Shown: one piece after another, positions 1 through 14,400 of the stretch | How the letters are laid out: every line of letters begins with the position of its first letter | How positions within the stretch are numbered: the stretch's first letter is position 1 | NCBI GenBank assembly: GCA_003344405.1 | Contig: NOWV01000001.1 | Span: 1,054,001 to 1,118,000 of the forward strand | From: Trichoplax sp. H2 | Lineage: Eukaryota | Direction of reading: 5' to 3' | DNA: 64,000 nt | Notes under the pieces: model-generated | The model's database searches: none | Seen by the model: the letters and a program-made list of their open reading frames with translations, nothing else | Told to the model about the DNA's origin: nothing | Position numbers and translations under genes: made by a program

Positions 1-85
1 ATATTTCCTATGTCTAAAGTGAAACTACTATTATAGAGATCGATTTGAAGTTGGATGGCATAATTGCACGTATTGTTATATTTAG

Positions 86-3000
86 ATATGAGCGTGTTGA
101 ACAATTTTGGACTTTAAACCTTGGAGTAAAGTGTCGTACTCTTCAGGAATCACTTGAGCAATATGTCAAAGGAGAATTACTAGAAGGCGATAACGCGTAC
201 ATGTGTGAAGAATGTCAATCAAAGGTATTCAGTCTACCGTTATCAAATTTGCATGATTAGCTTTTAGCTGAGTAAAACCCTAATTATAACTATAGAGAAA
301 CGCAATAAAGCGACTATGTATCAAGACGTTACCGCCAACGTTAGTAGTTCAACTGAAAAGATTCGATTATGATTGGGAAATCGGAAGACCAATCAAATTT
401 GATGATTATTTTGAGGTATTTAATTTAGTTATTGGCCTTTATTAAATACGTGTGCGTATATAGTACCGACAGTAAAATCTATCATTAATTATTCATGAAG
501 TTTCCTTGGGTCTTAAATATGGAGCCGTATACTCTTGACGGAATAATCTCTCGTGAAAAGAGTCCCCATGTACAGGAAGACGATGCGAACAGTGATACAA
601 GTAGTACTGATAGCAATAGTTTGCCATCTCAAAGGCCGAAGAATTATGAATTGGCTGGTGTGGTCGTTCATAGTGGTCAGGCGAATGCAGGACATTATTA
701 TTCATTTGTTAAGGATCGCCGGTAGGACAAAGACTTGCTTTATATCATTTCATTGTGATATATACTTCTGCATAAGTTATAGGCTGTAGAATATTGAAAT
801 AATTTCCAACTCTTCTCTAGAACTCAAATTTGGTATAAGATGAACGATATGACCGTTGAAGAATTTAATATGTCAGCGGCAACATTAGAATCTGAGTGTT
901 TCGGTGGAAGTTATCAGCCGAAGAGCAATGACGCATGTAAGATGTCTATGAAAATTGTAGCGATTTTTCAACATGATAACAGGATATTGCCATATAATTT
1001 ATAGATCCTTCCTATCAAGATATACGTCATGCTAACAAATATTGGAGTGGATACATGTTATTCTATGACGCGGTAACAGATTACGGCAATGACAAATTAA
1101 TGCTATCTAGATCTTTGGATAGCCGGTCTGAGGGTGCTCGGTTCGTACGCAGTGTTCATAGCTAAGTGGTCGTCTGAACATATTAGTTTAAAATTGCTAA
1201 GACATGTACTTTATATTTTAGGTCCGATTCTTCTGTTCCAGATTCTCCATCCTCTCTAAATCTTGCTAATGACGGATTTAGTCAATTAGCTGCACTAGTT
1301 CAGCGAGGGGAAAGGAAGGGGCTATTCATGAACAAGATGCCTGCAAGCATTCAGAGAATCGTAATAACTGATAACCTGATACTAAAGTGTTCACTTTAGT
1401 TAAATCTATTTTCTATAGAAATTAAAGTCATTACTGATGTTAGTGAAAGTTTAGAAATATATATTTTTGGGTTCTTTGCAGGTACATGAGGAAAACTTAC
1501 ATTTCATGAGAAATCAATCAATATACAACTCAAACTATTTTAAATTCATTCTTAGTTTAACATCATGCAATTTTGTAAGCAATCATGAAAGCTAAATGTT
1601 GTTTCTTCTTTCCACTTGTGCTTTAAATTTATTATATTTTTTCTGTTATTGAAGAGCACAAATGACATGTCTTCTGGATTAGTTGTCTGGAGCCTTAAAT
1701 TGGCAGTTAATTTTCTTGTGAATACTTACTTCAAAGTTAGAGAAGAACTTAGGTAAGATATGAAGTTATTTAGTGTTGAATAACCTATGTATTGTAAAAG
1801 CAGTTTATCAGTCTTTTCATTACAATTATTGTTAAATTAAGTATTACGTTTGTTCAATATAAAAATGTATTATTTCGTGCAGAAATTGTCAGTTGGAATG
1901 GAATAACTGCATGGAGAAATTAATCACGGCTTGTGATGAATCCTGTTTATGGTTTCTTTCTTATTTAAGTGATGGATATGGCGAAACTTGCCTGAAGTAT
2001 GAGTTTTAATGTGATTAAGTTATTAGCTCTATTTTAAGATTCGAATATCTACAACTCATAGGTCATTACTGCTGGAGTGTCCATCGGATAGTGTTCGAGA
2101 AAGCTTTGCAGGAATGCTCCAGCAAGCAATAAATCGCTTTTATAGTTGTAAACGCTTAGAACAGGCGGTGAGCAACATGCATTCTGCACACTTCTAAGGG
2201 CAATATTATGCTATATTTCTTACATTAATTTATCATAGGACGTATCAACTTATGAAAGAGTTATAACTAAGTTACTGCACGTGCTTGCAAGAGATGTCCC
2301 TGATTACTATCGAAGTTGTTGTCAATATTTTGGATTACTAAGTGCTATAACCAAAATGGTAATTGAAATTTCGCTTTAAATCCGAAAAATGACCATTTAC
2401 TATAAATTTGATCACTCATGCTTGTATAGGGTTCGAAGGCTGTATCTCATCTCTTAGACAGTGGTGCCTTGCAGAGGTTATTGGAATTTTTAATTGGACC
2501 GCCTTTTCAGAAATCTATCCGCATAGAGAATCTACCAATCTCGGAGATCCTGGTGAGTTTATATCATATCATGGGTATTGTAGCGATTTGCTATTCTTCG
2601 GCAAAACAATTTAATAATTCGACTATATCTCGCAATTTTTAAGCGAATCTCATCAGGACGCCGGTGGTCTGCTTTACAATCTAGAGAATTTTCTTCAATA
2701 CATATCACTATCTGTAACTTGATCATTAACTGTGATGTTTCTACTCAACATACAATAGGTATTTAAGATTTTATGGTATATAAACCGAAAAAACTAAATA
2801 TAAATAATGGTTTTGTTTTCTTTTGATATCGCTGCTTGACTAAAACCACATTTGATATTACCACAGTACACTCTATAAAATTACCGGATATCAACAATTA
2901 TCCGACGGAGTTACAGCCCATGTCTTCTGCAGTAAATGACATCATTTTTGGTATTGAAGGAGTCAAATACTTTCACGAGGTACATATTAGTGAATATTTT

Positions 3001-4393
3001 TATCTCTCACTCTGTTTGGCTGACTTTATCAATCTATTCTAGTCTCATTAACATTTACCTTATCGTATTTGCCATATCAAGGTTATAGCTGCTATGTATG
3101 TGAGCTAATAAGAAAATTTTACAATTATTAGGCTTTACTAGCTTGCTGCGAAGTGGTAGGAATTACTGCATCAGTTACCAATATGCTGGTACACTGTTGT
3201 TGGTGTAACGAAGCATTTTCGACCATCGTTTTGGCGAAGCTATTGGTAAAAAAATTGTTTTAATACTTTTAAAGAGAATGCCACATACCTTGAAACATTT
3301 AATAAGTGTAGAAAGAGAGAGTTGTATGATGATAGTTGTGGTTGCGGATCAGAGCATCATTTTAATATGCAGATGAATAAATGTTTTTACGTACATGTGC
3401 AATAGGCTCACTTATCGATGGCTCCTTCAAATGAATTAAAAAATTTATTTACTATCTTAACTAGATTAACGGTAGGTTCTTTAATTCTTTCCCCTACTTT
3501 TATGGATATTGGAAATTGTTGAGATATAATTTCTAATTTAAATCTTTACCGCAGCTGCTTGATGATTCTCTGAAAGTTAAAAGATTTAAAACTATAGTTG
3601 ACGGTCCAGAAAATAATGGTTTATTAGGTAAGACTACCTTTTATACATTGTGTCAATCATGCTTAAATACAATTTATTTATGTATGCCATAACATTATGA
3701 AACAGCGACTATTAAATCCAATTATCAAACCGACAGTAGAAGAGCGTATCAGTGCATCAAATTTTTAGTCAGTATGGCAAACAAGTGAGTGCTAAGAAAT
3801 TTAGTTGTCATAGAACGATCTATTTTATGTATTATTATAAACTTCAGACTTATTCAACACTTTTAGAGATGAAATCCTACGAAAGCATTTGATTGAAAAT
3901 ACTAATCGGTGGCACTGGGCAGTTCAATGGCTGAAGAAAAAAGTTGTTATCTCTTTTGTAATTTTGCTTCGTTAATTTTTTACTAAAACACTTTTATATC
4001 AATAGATGTCCGAATCTTGGACTACGCAGTCTGCTGTTTCCAATGAGTCTTCTACTAGCAAAGTTTTGCAAAGAACAATTAGTGCTCAAGTATGCTATGT
4101 ACTAGATAGTTTTTAAAGAAACACTGCTATGGTACCCGCCCATCTTTTCAATTATAATTATTAATATTTTTAATCTGCTATCTCATATACAGGATACTCT
4201 TGCAGAAGCAACTGCACTTTTATCGCAGATTGAATCGAGTGGAATTGCTCATGGTGCAATTTCAGAACTGGATTCGCAAGATTCTTTACAAGAAGACAGT
4301 GAAGTGGATGAATTGTACAATGAGAACGGCGAGAAAGGTGGTAAAAACGAGGATTCTGCAGATGAGTCGTCTCGGCAAGGTTACCAGTTCTAA
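86..4393 (+). CDS. USP24: Ubiquitin carboxyl-terminal hydrolase 24 (USP24-like), 3' portion; multi-exon, 5' end lies outside the window
   Basis: Spliced exons give [49 protein letters not shown], the His box [19 protein letters not shown] and WYKMND. The C-terminal [22 protein letters not shown] and [18 protein letters not shown] motifs match recalled USP24. GT-AG introns throughout; TAA stop at 4391-4393. Confidence 0.9.
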
Positions 4394-5479
4394 GAATAGA
4401 AATCGCATCGCATGGCATTGTTCATTGAGCTTTGTTGTCAAAACAATTACATTCTTTTAAATAATCTAAATGGAAATTTTAATAACGATCAGCTGTTGTC
4501 TCACTTTTTTTAAATAGTAAAGTTTGCTTAACATTTATATGTGTTTTTATTCTCTCATTCGATGCTGAGAATGAAATGTTAATACTACTGCATGTGTCGT
4601 GCTATCTATGTTTATGCGACGTTACGTAATGAAAATTGTACGATTCTATTGAGAATTTGCCAACAATGTTAAGTGTTTTGAAAATGTATTATTTTTGCTT
4701 GTATAGTAAACAGTGTCTGCTTTGAAAACTTTCTGTTTTAGTGTAAGATACGAATGCCAATGAAATATCACTGCCGTAGTCAATTGGAGCAGCAATGATT
4801 ATTATTTTTGATACTTTGCTTTCTGTTCTTTTATACCGTATGAAATAAATGTTGCTATCGCATCTCTTGTACCTTACTGAATTTCTTTGTGATCATAGGT
4901 ACACTCTTATGTTATTGTAGCATCTCAACAATCTAATAATAATATACGGGTAATTCTAATTTCGCCACCAACAAGATCAGGTATTTCTTTCAATCGCTTC
5001 TACCAATGTCATTCAATCTAAGTTTAGTACAATAAGTATTTATCAAATGTTCTACGAAATGGATAACAATCTTGATGAAGCAAAATTCGAAGGAAATTAT
5101 CTAGAAGATGCGGAATCCAATTTTTAAACAAAGAGAAATACAACATACACCTTTTTATTATTATTTTCAACGTATCGGTACTACTGGTGTTATCATTCAT
5201 AAACTATAATATAAAAAGTATCAATTGGGTAGATAATCTTCATCATTATTAGCTATTGGCTTTGGTGAAGAAAATCAATCATGTTCATTAAAAATAAAGA
5301 TTGAGTAGTAACAGGAAATAATTAGCATATTATACAAGCAAATCAAAAATTATACAGTGATTGCATAAGTTTGTCTATATCATATCGTTGGATAGAATAG
5401 TATTATGATTTACACTATATAGAAATCTCTAATATCAAGTAGAAGAGAGTAGAGAAGTCTTGCCGTGACTTTTATTTTC

Positions 5480-8400
5480 TTACTGGTTTTGGGTAGGCGC
5501 TGAACCGGTTGACGAGATAATTGATTTCAAATCCTATACAGAAATCATGTAGCCATGATTAATATTGTTGATGATAATATTCATTAGACGATAGATCTTC
5601 GTACTATTTAATATATGCACTAAAGTATCCTATGCATATTCGTAGTGTGAACGTAAGATTATAAGCTGTTAGCTACCGCTTTCTTGTATGTTTTGCATGC
5701 TTTAATAGCGTTATGAAGAATAGGATGAGAGAAAATGGTATCAAATGGCAATGGAGAAGCGGTAGATGAGCCAAGCTCTTGATATAAATCCGATACATAG
5801 CTCTAAATGGGGAGTTTTAATACAATTGCAATAGAAAATGAGATTAAATAGATTAAGCTTGATATTCATGAAGTGATAAAAGCATAAGTAATCCATAAAT
5901 GAACGATCGTAGCACTCACTATTGTTAGGGTACAATTATCTGTTGTCGACAGTTCAAATCGGTTCGATTTCTTCTTAATATAAGTTCCATGATTGAGTAC
6001 CTAAAATTGCAATAGAAAACATAGATGCATAAACAAACAAAATGCACAGTGTTCATAGTTTAGACAAATAATTTAAGTAGCTGATATATGTCACCTAAAT
6101 TAAATGTCTCCTATAACTTGGAGAATCTGATTGTTTCAAAATTATTTTCGAACCTAATTATTAATAATTGTACCTTCACTAAAGCTTCAACAGGAATCAT
6201 AGCATTATTATGTGTCGCGCTTTCAGATTCCTCTTCTTCTTCTTTTTCTTCTATAACTGTATGTAGGCTTGATTCAGTTGATTTTTCTTCATTCTCGGTT
6301 TTTACTCCATCGTCAGTGAGCTCTCTTATACTAATATATGGCATTGGCTGACTCGAAGTAACGCTAAGAGCTCGCATTAATCCAATATCGTGTCGTCTTG
6401 CTTGGCAGAAATAAAGCAACTATAAATTGATATAGAGATGAAATAGAGTCAAAAACTGAGTTGTCCATACTGTAATATATAAAGTTTTCATGTTAGTTAA
6501 ATAACATATCAATATCATAAAATTTTATGATGCTAATCAATACCATATCTACGTAATCAAGAAGAAGCGTTGAAGTATTATTATGGCCAAAGATATCAAA
6601 GAACGCCTGCAAGAAGAAAAACTTGAATTATTACTCGGCATATAATATTAAGCCCGATCATTTAAGATATACGATACTATTTCATATCATCCACAGATAA
6701 TGTTCCCAAATTGTAAAAACAATCGGGCTATTTTTTACCTTGCAAAACTATTTATTTGGGAACATAAGCAATGTAGTATCAAATTATAGAACAAGCACAT
6801 CATTCCACCCAAAATTAAAAGCTACGATGACTGGGAACGGAGCTAATTCTATCTTGCAACTCAGTAATTGACTAAGTTTATAGGCAATCCAGCAATGTAA
6901 TTAGTACTGCTATAGTACAGTATATCATTAGGATCGGTTATAAAGCAGTAGGAACTGAACGAGTTCATTATCATCTTAAAATATTTACTTGGAATACACG
7001 ATAACAATTGGATTGCGGTGTACATTTTAGGTACGAATACTGATGGGAATTGATTACCAAGGCTAATCTAATTTTTCATCTCATGTAGCGAGTGTCGAAT
7101 AAATTTAATCATGTTATAAATTAATGACCTCTTTCAGCTTTCCAAGTCGATCATATTGTCGAGGAAGAGATGGACTTTGATTGCTAGGCGGTGAACCTTT
7201 AAACCATAATTCTATCTATAATATCCAAAATGAAGAATTTCTCGCTTCTTAATGACACGATTTGATATTACTATTCTCAAACAACATAGGATAATTATGA
7301 ATTTTTAAATACCTTTTCATATTGTGCTTTTGTCACGAAGCCAGTGTGATCGGTATCCACTTGACGAAATTTCTTCAAGGTATCCAATAATTGATCTCGA
7401 CTTGGCCAAGGAACAGGATTCATAATAGCTACTAAAAAGATTCGCCAATTGATGTACTCCTTATCCAGCGATACCAAGTTAGCCATGTCATTCAACTACG
7501 AAAGAAGAAATGATAAAATTATATATCAAGATTGGATGACAAACAGCTACGTTAAAAAGTTGTAAAAATTCATAATGATGAAAATTGAAGCTAGTGATTA
7601 TAAATAAATATTTTAAAAATGAATTATAGTTGGGTTGGAAATACACAGCTATATAATTACTTGTGTCTGATTTAAGAGCATCCATTTATCCGGTAAAGTT
7701 TCCTGACCGTGCTATTATTAATAATTATGAATGGTTAAGATTGTATGATATTTTAATGATAATTAATTACCAATTATGAATTAATGTCATTCTAACCGAA
7801 AGCGAAATAGTTCCGTGAAGGAGATCAATAAATGCTTGCTTAGATATGTAACCGTTGGATGCAATAGCAGATAGCTAAAAATAGGATAATTGATCATTTC
7901 GATATTAAAACGCTTCAAACGGATTGAGATTCCAATATCTAAAATTTTATATAATGTACCTGATGGGCCAAGTTTAATATTTGCACAACAGTAAAATTCT
8001 CTGGCATGCTTGATTCAATTGGACTAGGGGGTGGAGGTGGCTCCGGTATGTTATACATCATGACATTCTACAACGTATTAATTATCGTCAATATCGTATA
8101 AAATTCATCAAATTTCTTTATCGATTTTAATGGCTAATTCGGAGACATCATTTCTACCTCATCGATGAAGAAGTTATCATTGACCAGTTTAAGTTCATTT
8201 TGTATCTTTTCCTCACTCTCGATAGCAGCTCTCATCATTGTCGTTAATTCTTTAATACTATAAGCCAGTTAATATGAACGGTTAGAAATCATTGAACTTC
8301 AAGAATTCTATAGCCAGAATATAATTATTATAAATGGATAGGATAGCATTATACTGTACGTGTATATACAACATTTGGTATTTCATGTCTGTTTACATGC

Positions 8401-11400
8401 TAAAATCAAGGCTACTACACATTCTAACTGAATAGCGAGATTGGATATTGTAAGCTTCTACCAACGAAATAAAGTCTATTTTCTTTAGCTAATTAATCTC
8501 TTTAGTTAAGCTCAAACGATTATTACCAGAAAATAAAGTAGTTTACTATAGAAACAGCTATTTTAATTGAGCGTAGTATATAGCTATATATTCCTATATA
8601 TTATTCTATATCTGGTTATTTTTCTCAGTTTCCACATTCAAACTGTCTTCACTTTTAACTTACGATCAGCACTTCAATTTTGTCAACTATAACTATAAAG
8701 TAATACCTTTCCATTTCTTTGCGAAATCGTTGACCCAACCAATCATCCATATCTTTATACATGACTTCAGCCTTATGCTAGCGGAATAAGTTTTATAAAT
8801 TAAAGCGGATATGGAAATAACATTAATCAGATCTAAACTAGGTCAATAACTACTAAGCGTACCACAATAATTAAATTTATTACATATCAACCAAGCGTGA
8901 TGATATCCTTAAAGTGAACTATACCTTTATTACTTGGATATCGTAAATAGCTCTACTGCGGATTAATTCTAATCGACTTCTCAATCTAATCTCTATAAGT
9001 AGAAAATGTTTTAATTTTTAGAAGTATTCATAATCCTTTTTCTTCCACCATATCTTAGCTACTGAAGATGATGTATGAGCCATAACTTATGACTTACCTT
9101 CAGCTTTTGTAGCCGCTGTGAATTCTTCACGGATCTTCTCACGTATAGCGATTTGTTCCTTTTCCTCAGCTGTTTGCTCAGGAGGTTCTAGTCCAAAGTC
9201 ATGAGTACCATGAGTATGATAGCAATAATATTTATGTAAAATTAAATAAAAATACTTTCATCTATTCAATCTTTATCAGTCAGTAGCGTATACTTCTGGA
9301 TTAAGGAAGATTGTGATTTCGATTAACTTGAACTACGACGATGATCGAATAAGAATTGACATCCTACTCGCTATAACTGTATGAAATAATGAAGAACTAA
9401 TGCATCTCACTATCAATAATCGACGCTTCTATTTAGTTTATTGTAAATGTTTATCCTCACGACTTAGAACGTTAAGATGCGATTTTTCTTTAGGAATGAA
9501 TACATCATTATGATCATAATCCCTAGTATTTCTAAGGATACTACAGCAATCGCAATTCACTACTCCTGCAGATCAATTCATACAGGTGAGCTAGTCTTCA
9601 CCGACTAAACATTTCATTAGAACTGATAATCACTTCTCTTACCTTCAACGGGTTCTTCGACTACAATTTGTTGTTTTTTATGTCTGCCTTTCACTACCTT
9701 TTCTTTCTTATGCTTTTTTTTAGTTTTAGCCGCTTTCTCTAAATCACGCTGCCTCTCGTGTTCACGCTCACGTTCTTTCTCAGCTTCAGCGGCAGTAGCA
9801 GTTAACTCAGCGCTGATCTAATATAAATAGATTAAAATTATATATTAGGTCTATGAAACACGTAATATCTATGCTATTCAAGCCAATTAGTGATTGCGGA
9901 TTCCCTACAAATTAGTTTTGTGGTTTATACCAAGCAACACATTACAAAATTACAAGTACTCTCTATTTAATATAAGGCATACTTACCATCATTAGAACAT
10001 ATTCTTGGACAATATTATACGCATCATTGATAACCTAATAATCCAAGATATACCGATTTAACAATATCATCTAGTATCGAGACAATTATCATATCATTTA
10101 ATCATCTACCTTCTCATCAGGATCCATATGTAACGAAGGCGAATCCACTTTTTCTTCTTGCTTCTCTTTTTTACTCTTTTTCTCTCTTTTTTCTTTACTA
10201 CCAGATTGACCATCTTTACTTTGCTCAGCAGATTTTGGTCGTCTGGGAATTAATGGTATTCTATATAATCATATCACGAAATATAATGATTAATAACGAG
10301 TAGAATTAAAAATACCTCACTCTTGTTGTAGTTTTTTTTATATAGATATCACGTATTAGTTTGTATGCAAATAATATAAAAATAACTATCAGGCAGATAT
10401 TTTAACGCTAATTATAAATATGTTGCCACTGTCGAATGCTAAATATTACGGAAATTGGTTAAACTATGATAGCAGAATCTTTATATACAACGGATGATTT
10501 ATTACTGCTTCTAGTTATGCATCAAAATATTATAAATAGGCTAAATCAAATGGTGGTAGGAAATCGAGGTAAGAAATATGATAGTACGAAATGTGGATAT
10601 CATACTTTGTCTTGCCATCTTCAGTATCTTCATGATTCATTGCTGAAGTTAAGGCAGAAATTCCACGCTCAGCAGCATCTTTCTCTTTTTCCTTATCCTT
10701 ATCCCTCTCCCGATCACGATCTTTACCGCGATCTTTGCCTCTACTTTCCTTAACTACACTCTCTTTTGCGCTAGTACTTTTACCAGTAGATGACTGAACT
10801 GAAACCGAGTTCGTTTCGATGGTTCCTTTTAGTACCACTACTGAGCTAGATTCAACTGTTGCTAGCTGTAATTGATAAAAATAAGATTATATAAGAGGAT
10901 AAGAGAGACAGCGGGTAGATGAAAGCTATTTGATAACGGATATTTCAGCAGAAATGCTTACTTCAAGAAGAGGTAAACGACCGTTAGGTACAGCAAATTC
11001 GATTAATATTTTACCAGCGGCAGACATGTAATAATCTTTCAATAGAAAACATGTATCTTGTACTCGGTCTAGCTCAGCCTAAAAATCATTTCATAATTAA
11101 TCATCATTAAATTATAAGCTAGTTACTACTTGGTAGGGAATTCATTAAGTATTATTGCTACCTTGATAGCGATATAAACTCTACCTGCATTAAAGTAATA
11201 TAATAATTGGTTGTTAAGCCAACTCTGTCTTCTAACCATCCATCTTTCATAATATTATCTCGCTCTCTTTCGGCATCTTCCTTACGTTTATCACACATAT
11301 TCCATAGTTTCTCTGCAAGATCCTAAATAGCGTATGGAATGAAGTCTTTTAGGGTTAGATACTGGCTTAATAAATCAATTCCAATAGCGCGTAGAAAATT

Positions 11401-14400
11401 TCTTAGATATATTGATTAGTTTAGTACATAACTTTCAACAACACCTGTTGAAACTAAGAACTTCTAGGATACAGCGACTAGATTAATAAAATTGTATTCA
11501 AACAGCATGGGTAAAAAATAGAAGTCTAGTACTGTATATATGCCAACATATATATGTCTTGTTTTATTAGTGCGGCAAATTATATACCATATGTTAAATG
11601 TTGCTAAGATGAAATTATTAAGCAATTAAGCTAGTTCAGTATGAATGAGCTAAAATCTTTTTAGATAAATATACTAGTTTGCTATACCATTTCAAGTAGC
11701 ACGAGCTAAAATAGAAATATTGTATGTTACAACTACAGATTTAATGTTATGTATTACAAATTCAGGGTAAATCGGTCACTGCATTTGCTAGTCATTATGG
11801 CCTAATAATTTCAAGATCGGATAATATCTATAATCCACGTACCATTACGGTCTGATGGAGTTCAGCCTTGGTCTCTTCATCACTCCTCATATCTTCAGCT
11901 AAGTCATTATATTCCTACAAAAGACGAAACAGCATAATCAAGTTAGTATTTCCAATTTTATTAAACATACAGCAGCTTTATTGCTTAGCTGCGTTAATGT
12001 ATTATCATTACTCAAAATATCTAAGAATGTCACTACTCACTAGTGTAGCGACAAATAGAAATTGTGTTTAGGCTGTAGCTTTTACCCGCTAATTAAGATA
12101 AATTTATTATCATTTTATTTTGATGGTACTGCAAATCCATAGGATGTAAAAATGTCATATAGGGTACCTATTCATGAGTATATTAGCTCAAATCAAGTAC
12201 TACTCACCTTTTGCCACTGGTTTACTAACATCTGTTTTAAATCAGGCCGGCGAAGAAATTCTTTATATTCATTGCTATCAAGATCAATCATGAAATTTCA
12301 GTATTGTTATGAAATGTCTATGAGTTGGGTCTATATCCTAAACTTGGTAAATCCACCTCTTGTTCAAAATTAAGCTAAAGGCTTACCGAATATTATAAAA
12401 GTACTGATAGGTGCTCTCTCTTTCGTCTCGCATTTTACGAAAGATGTATTTACATGAATCAATGTAATTGATTTCGATATTTTCCCATTGGGAAGATAAA
12501 ATGGTTGCCAATTCCTATCCATGATGAACGTGATAAATAATTCAGATGATAAACCTACGATATATATCTTTAAAGTTCCATAATTTTACCAATTCAATCG
12601 TATTTTCAACATAAATCCAATCTTCTGAACCAGGTTCTGGTTTTGGAGGACTAGGTGGTCGTTCTTCTTCTTCTTCTACTTTGTTTAAATCTTCCGCTTC
12701 TCCTTGTCGGACGAGTGATTGCTCTTGGATGACTGGTTCTGCCATAGCGGAAGATCGGCGTCTAGCATCTGATTTCTTTTTGAATTTCTTGCCTTAATTT
12801 TATAAAATTGGTCAGTACGAAAGATATTTTAAAATATTAAATTGATCTTATGGTATGCTTTGCTATTCAGATACCATAATTAATCATAATTCTATTTTAA
12901 ACATTGATTATTTATTGATGATATGGCAATATATATCGAAGTAAGAGGTTAATCAAATGGAATAACTGCAGGGACTTGTTGTGAAATTATACTCGATTAC
13001 GTATGATAAAATTGTTTTTATGCTACACAGGATGCAGAACAATACAGTACCGTATGATATACTACCTCAAAGGGTATAAACCTTTCCTATCATCTATTAG
13101 ATTACCTTTCTCCTTGATGCGGGGACTAACATCTTTGCTATCTTCCGATTTTATCGGATGATGCTTATTCTTTTCCTTCTCTGTTTGAGCTTTACTTTCA
13201 TTTTCGATAACAGCAATTAGATTAGGGGTATCAACAACCACTTTAGGTGTTTCAGCTAATGGAGTGTCTTTATTTTCAGGTATTAAGGATGCATCTTGTA
13301 CGGGATGAAGATTTAAATCTATGAACCAGAAAAAAATAATGAACAACTAAATTAGTCAAGACCGTAAAAATGGCTATGATAAAAATAATCTATCTACATC
13401 GCAATGGATTTACCTAACGGTTGCTGAGGCGATAAAGACCTTTCAGCTACCTGCGTAAACCAAATTTTGAAATATTTTATCAGTGATATAACGATTTAAT
13501 AATGATACTGATCATCAGGTTACAAATATTGATAAACATGGCTGTTATATCATTGAATTTACTCCGCTAGAGGGTTCAGGCTCCGGCTCCGGCTTTAATT
13601 TTTCTAGTACTTCTTCAAGAATAGTCTCCACATTTTGAAATACAGTTTCTATATCAAACATAAAGTTTTTAATCAATCATCTACTATGAGTAGAAGAAAT
13701 CAATTATTTTGCTACTTAAAATAAGATTGGTCTCTTTTTTCACACAAGGTGAAACAAATTAACTACCTTGATCTTCAGCACCATCAATCTTCTTTAAATT
13801 ACCAAATTTTGTAAACCATTTCTCCAGTTTTGACCAAGTATCATGAAAGCCAACCAACCTTTAAACAATTCCATAGTGAATTTAGTTATTATTACAACAA
13901 CGTTTAAGTATATTCTATCTCTGATATTATGTATTTGATTCGTTTTCTACCTTTGCTGAACATGTTCGCTGGCATAGTTTGCATCACTAACTGGCATAAC
14001 TTTATCTTGCTTGTTAAGACCAGTCCGGCTACCTTCTGGTGGTGGATTAAATTCTTCATGATACTGTTTACTAGACGTCATAGTCTCTACAATAGAAATT
14101 GCCTTTAGTTTTTCGCAAAATCATAGCTAGATCAAACACTAAACAATTCTATAGTCATAATCAGCGGTTATAGTGCAAAATTAATTGTAATCTAATGAGA
14201 CAAACTTGTTCTTCCTGTTGCTCGTTTCAAAACAACTTCATCTTTTACATCAAATAAAATGACAATATCGATTCCACTAACGGGCGGCGGTAACTATTAA
14301 GTACAAAAGATTAGCTATAACGTTCATTTTAATTCCTACTTACGTGGATCAAAGCTAAGACAAGTTAAATACAAGTAATATAGGAATATCTATTATAGAA

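Noticed and set aside
4200-4460. ORFs overlapping real exons in other frames or strands (also 6088-6351, 10466-10753, 30862-31092, 63263-63496)
   Set aside because: Shadow ORFs of USP24, SPEF2, PARS2 and ELOF1 exons.
9532-9541. GTATCCTT (U12-type donor) on the minus strand inside a SPEF2 intron
   Set aside because: The flanking exons already join in phase through a normal GT-AG intron, and no credible exon precedes the motif.
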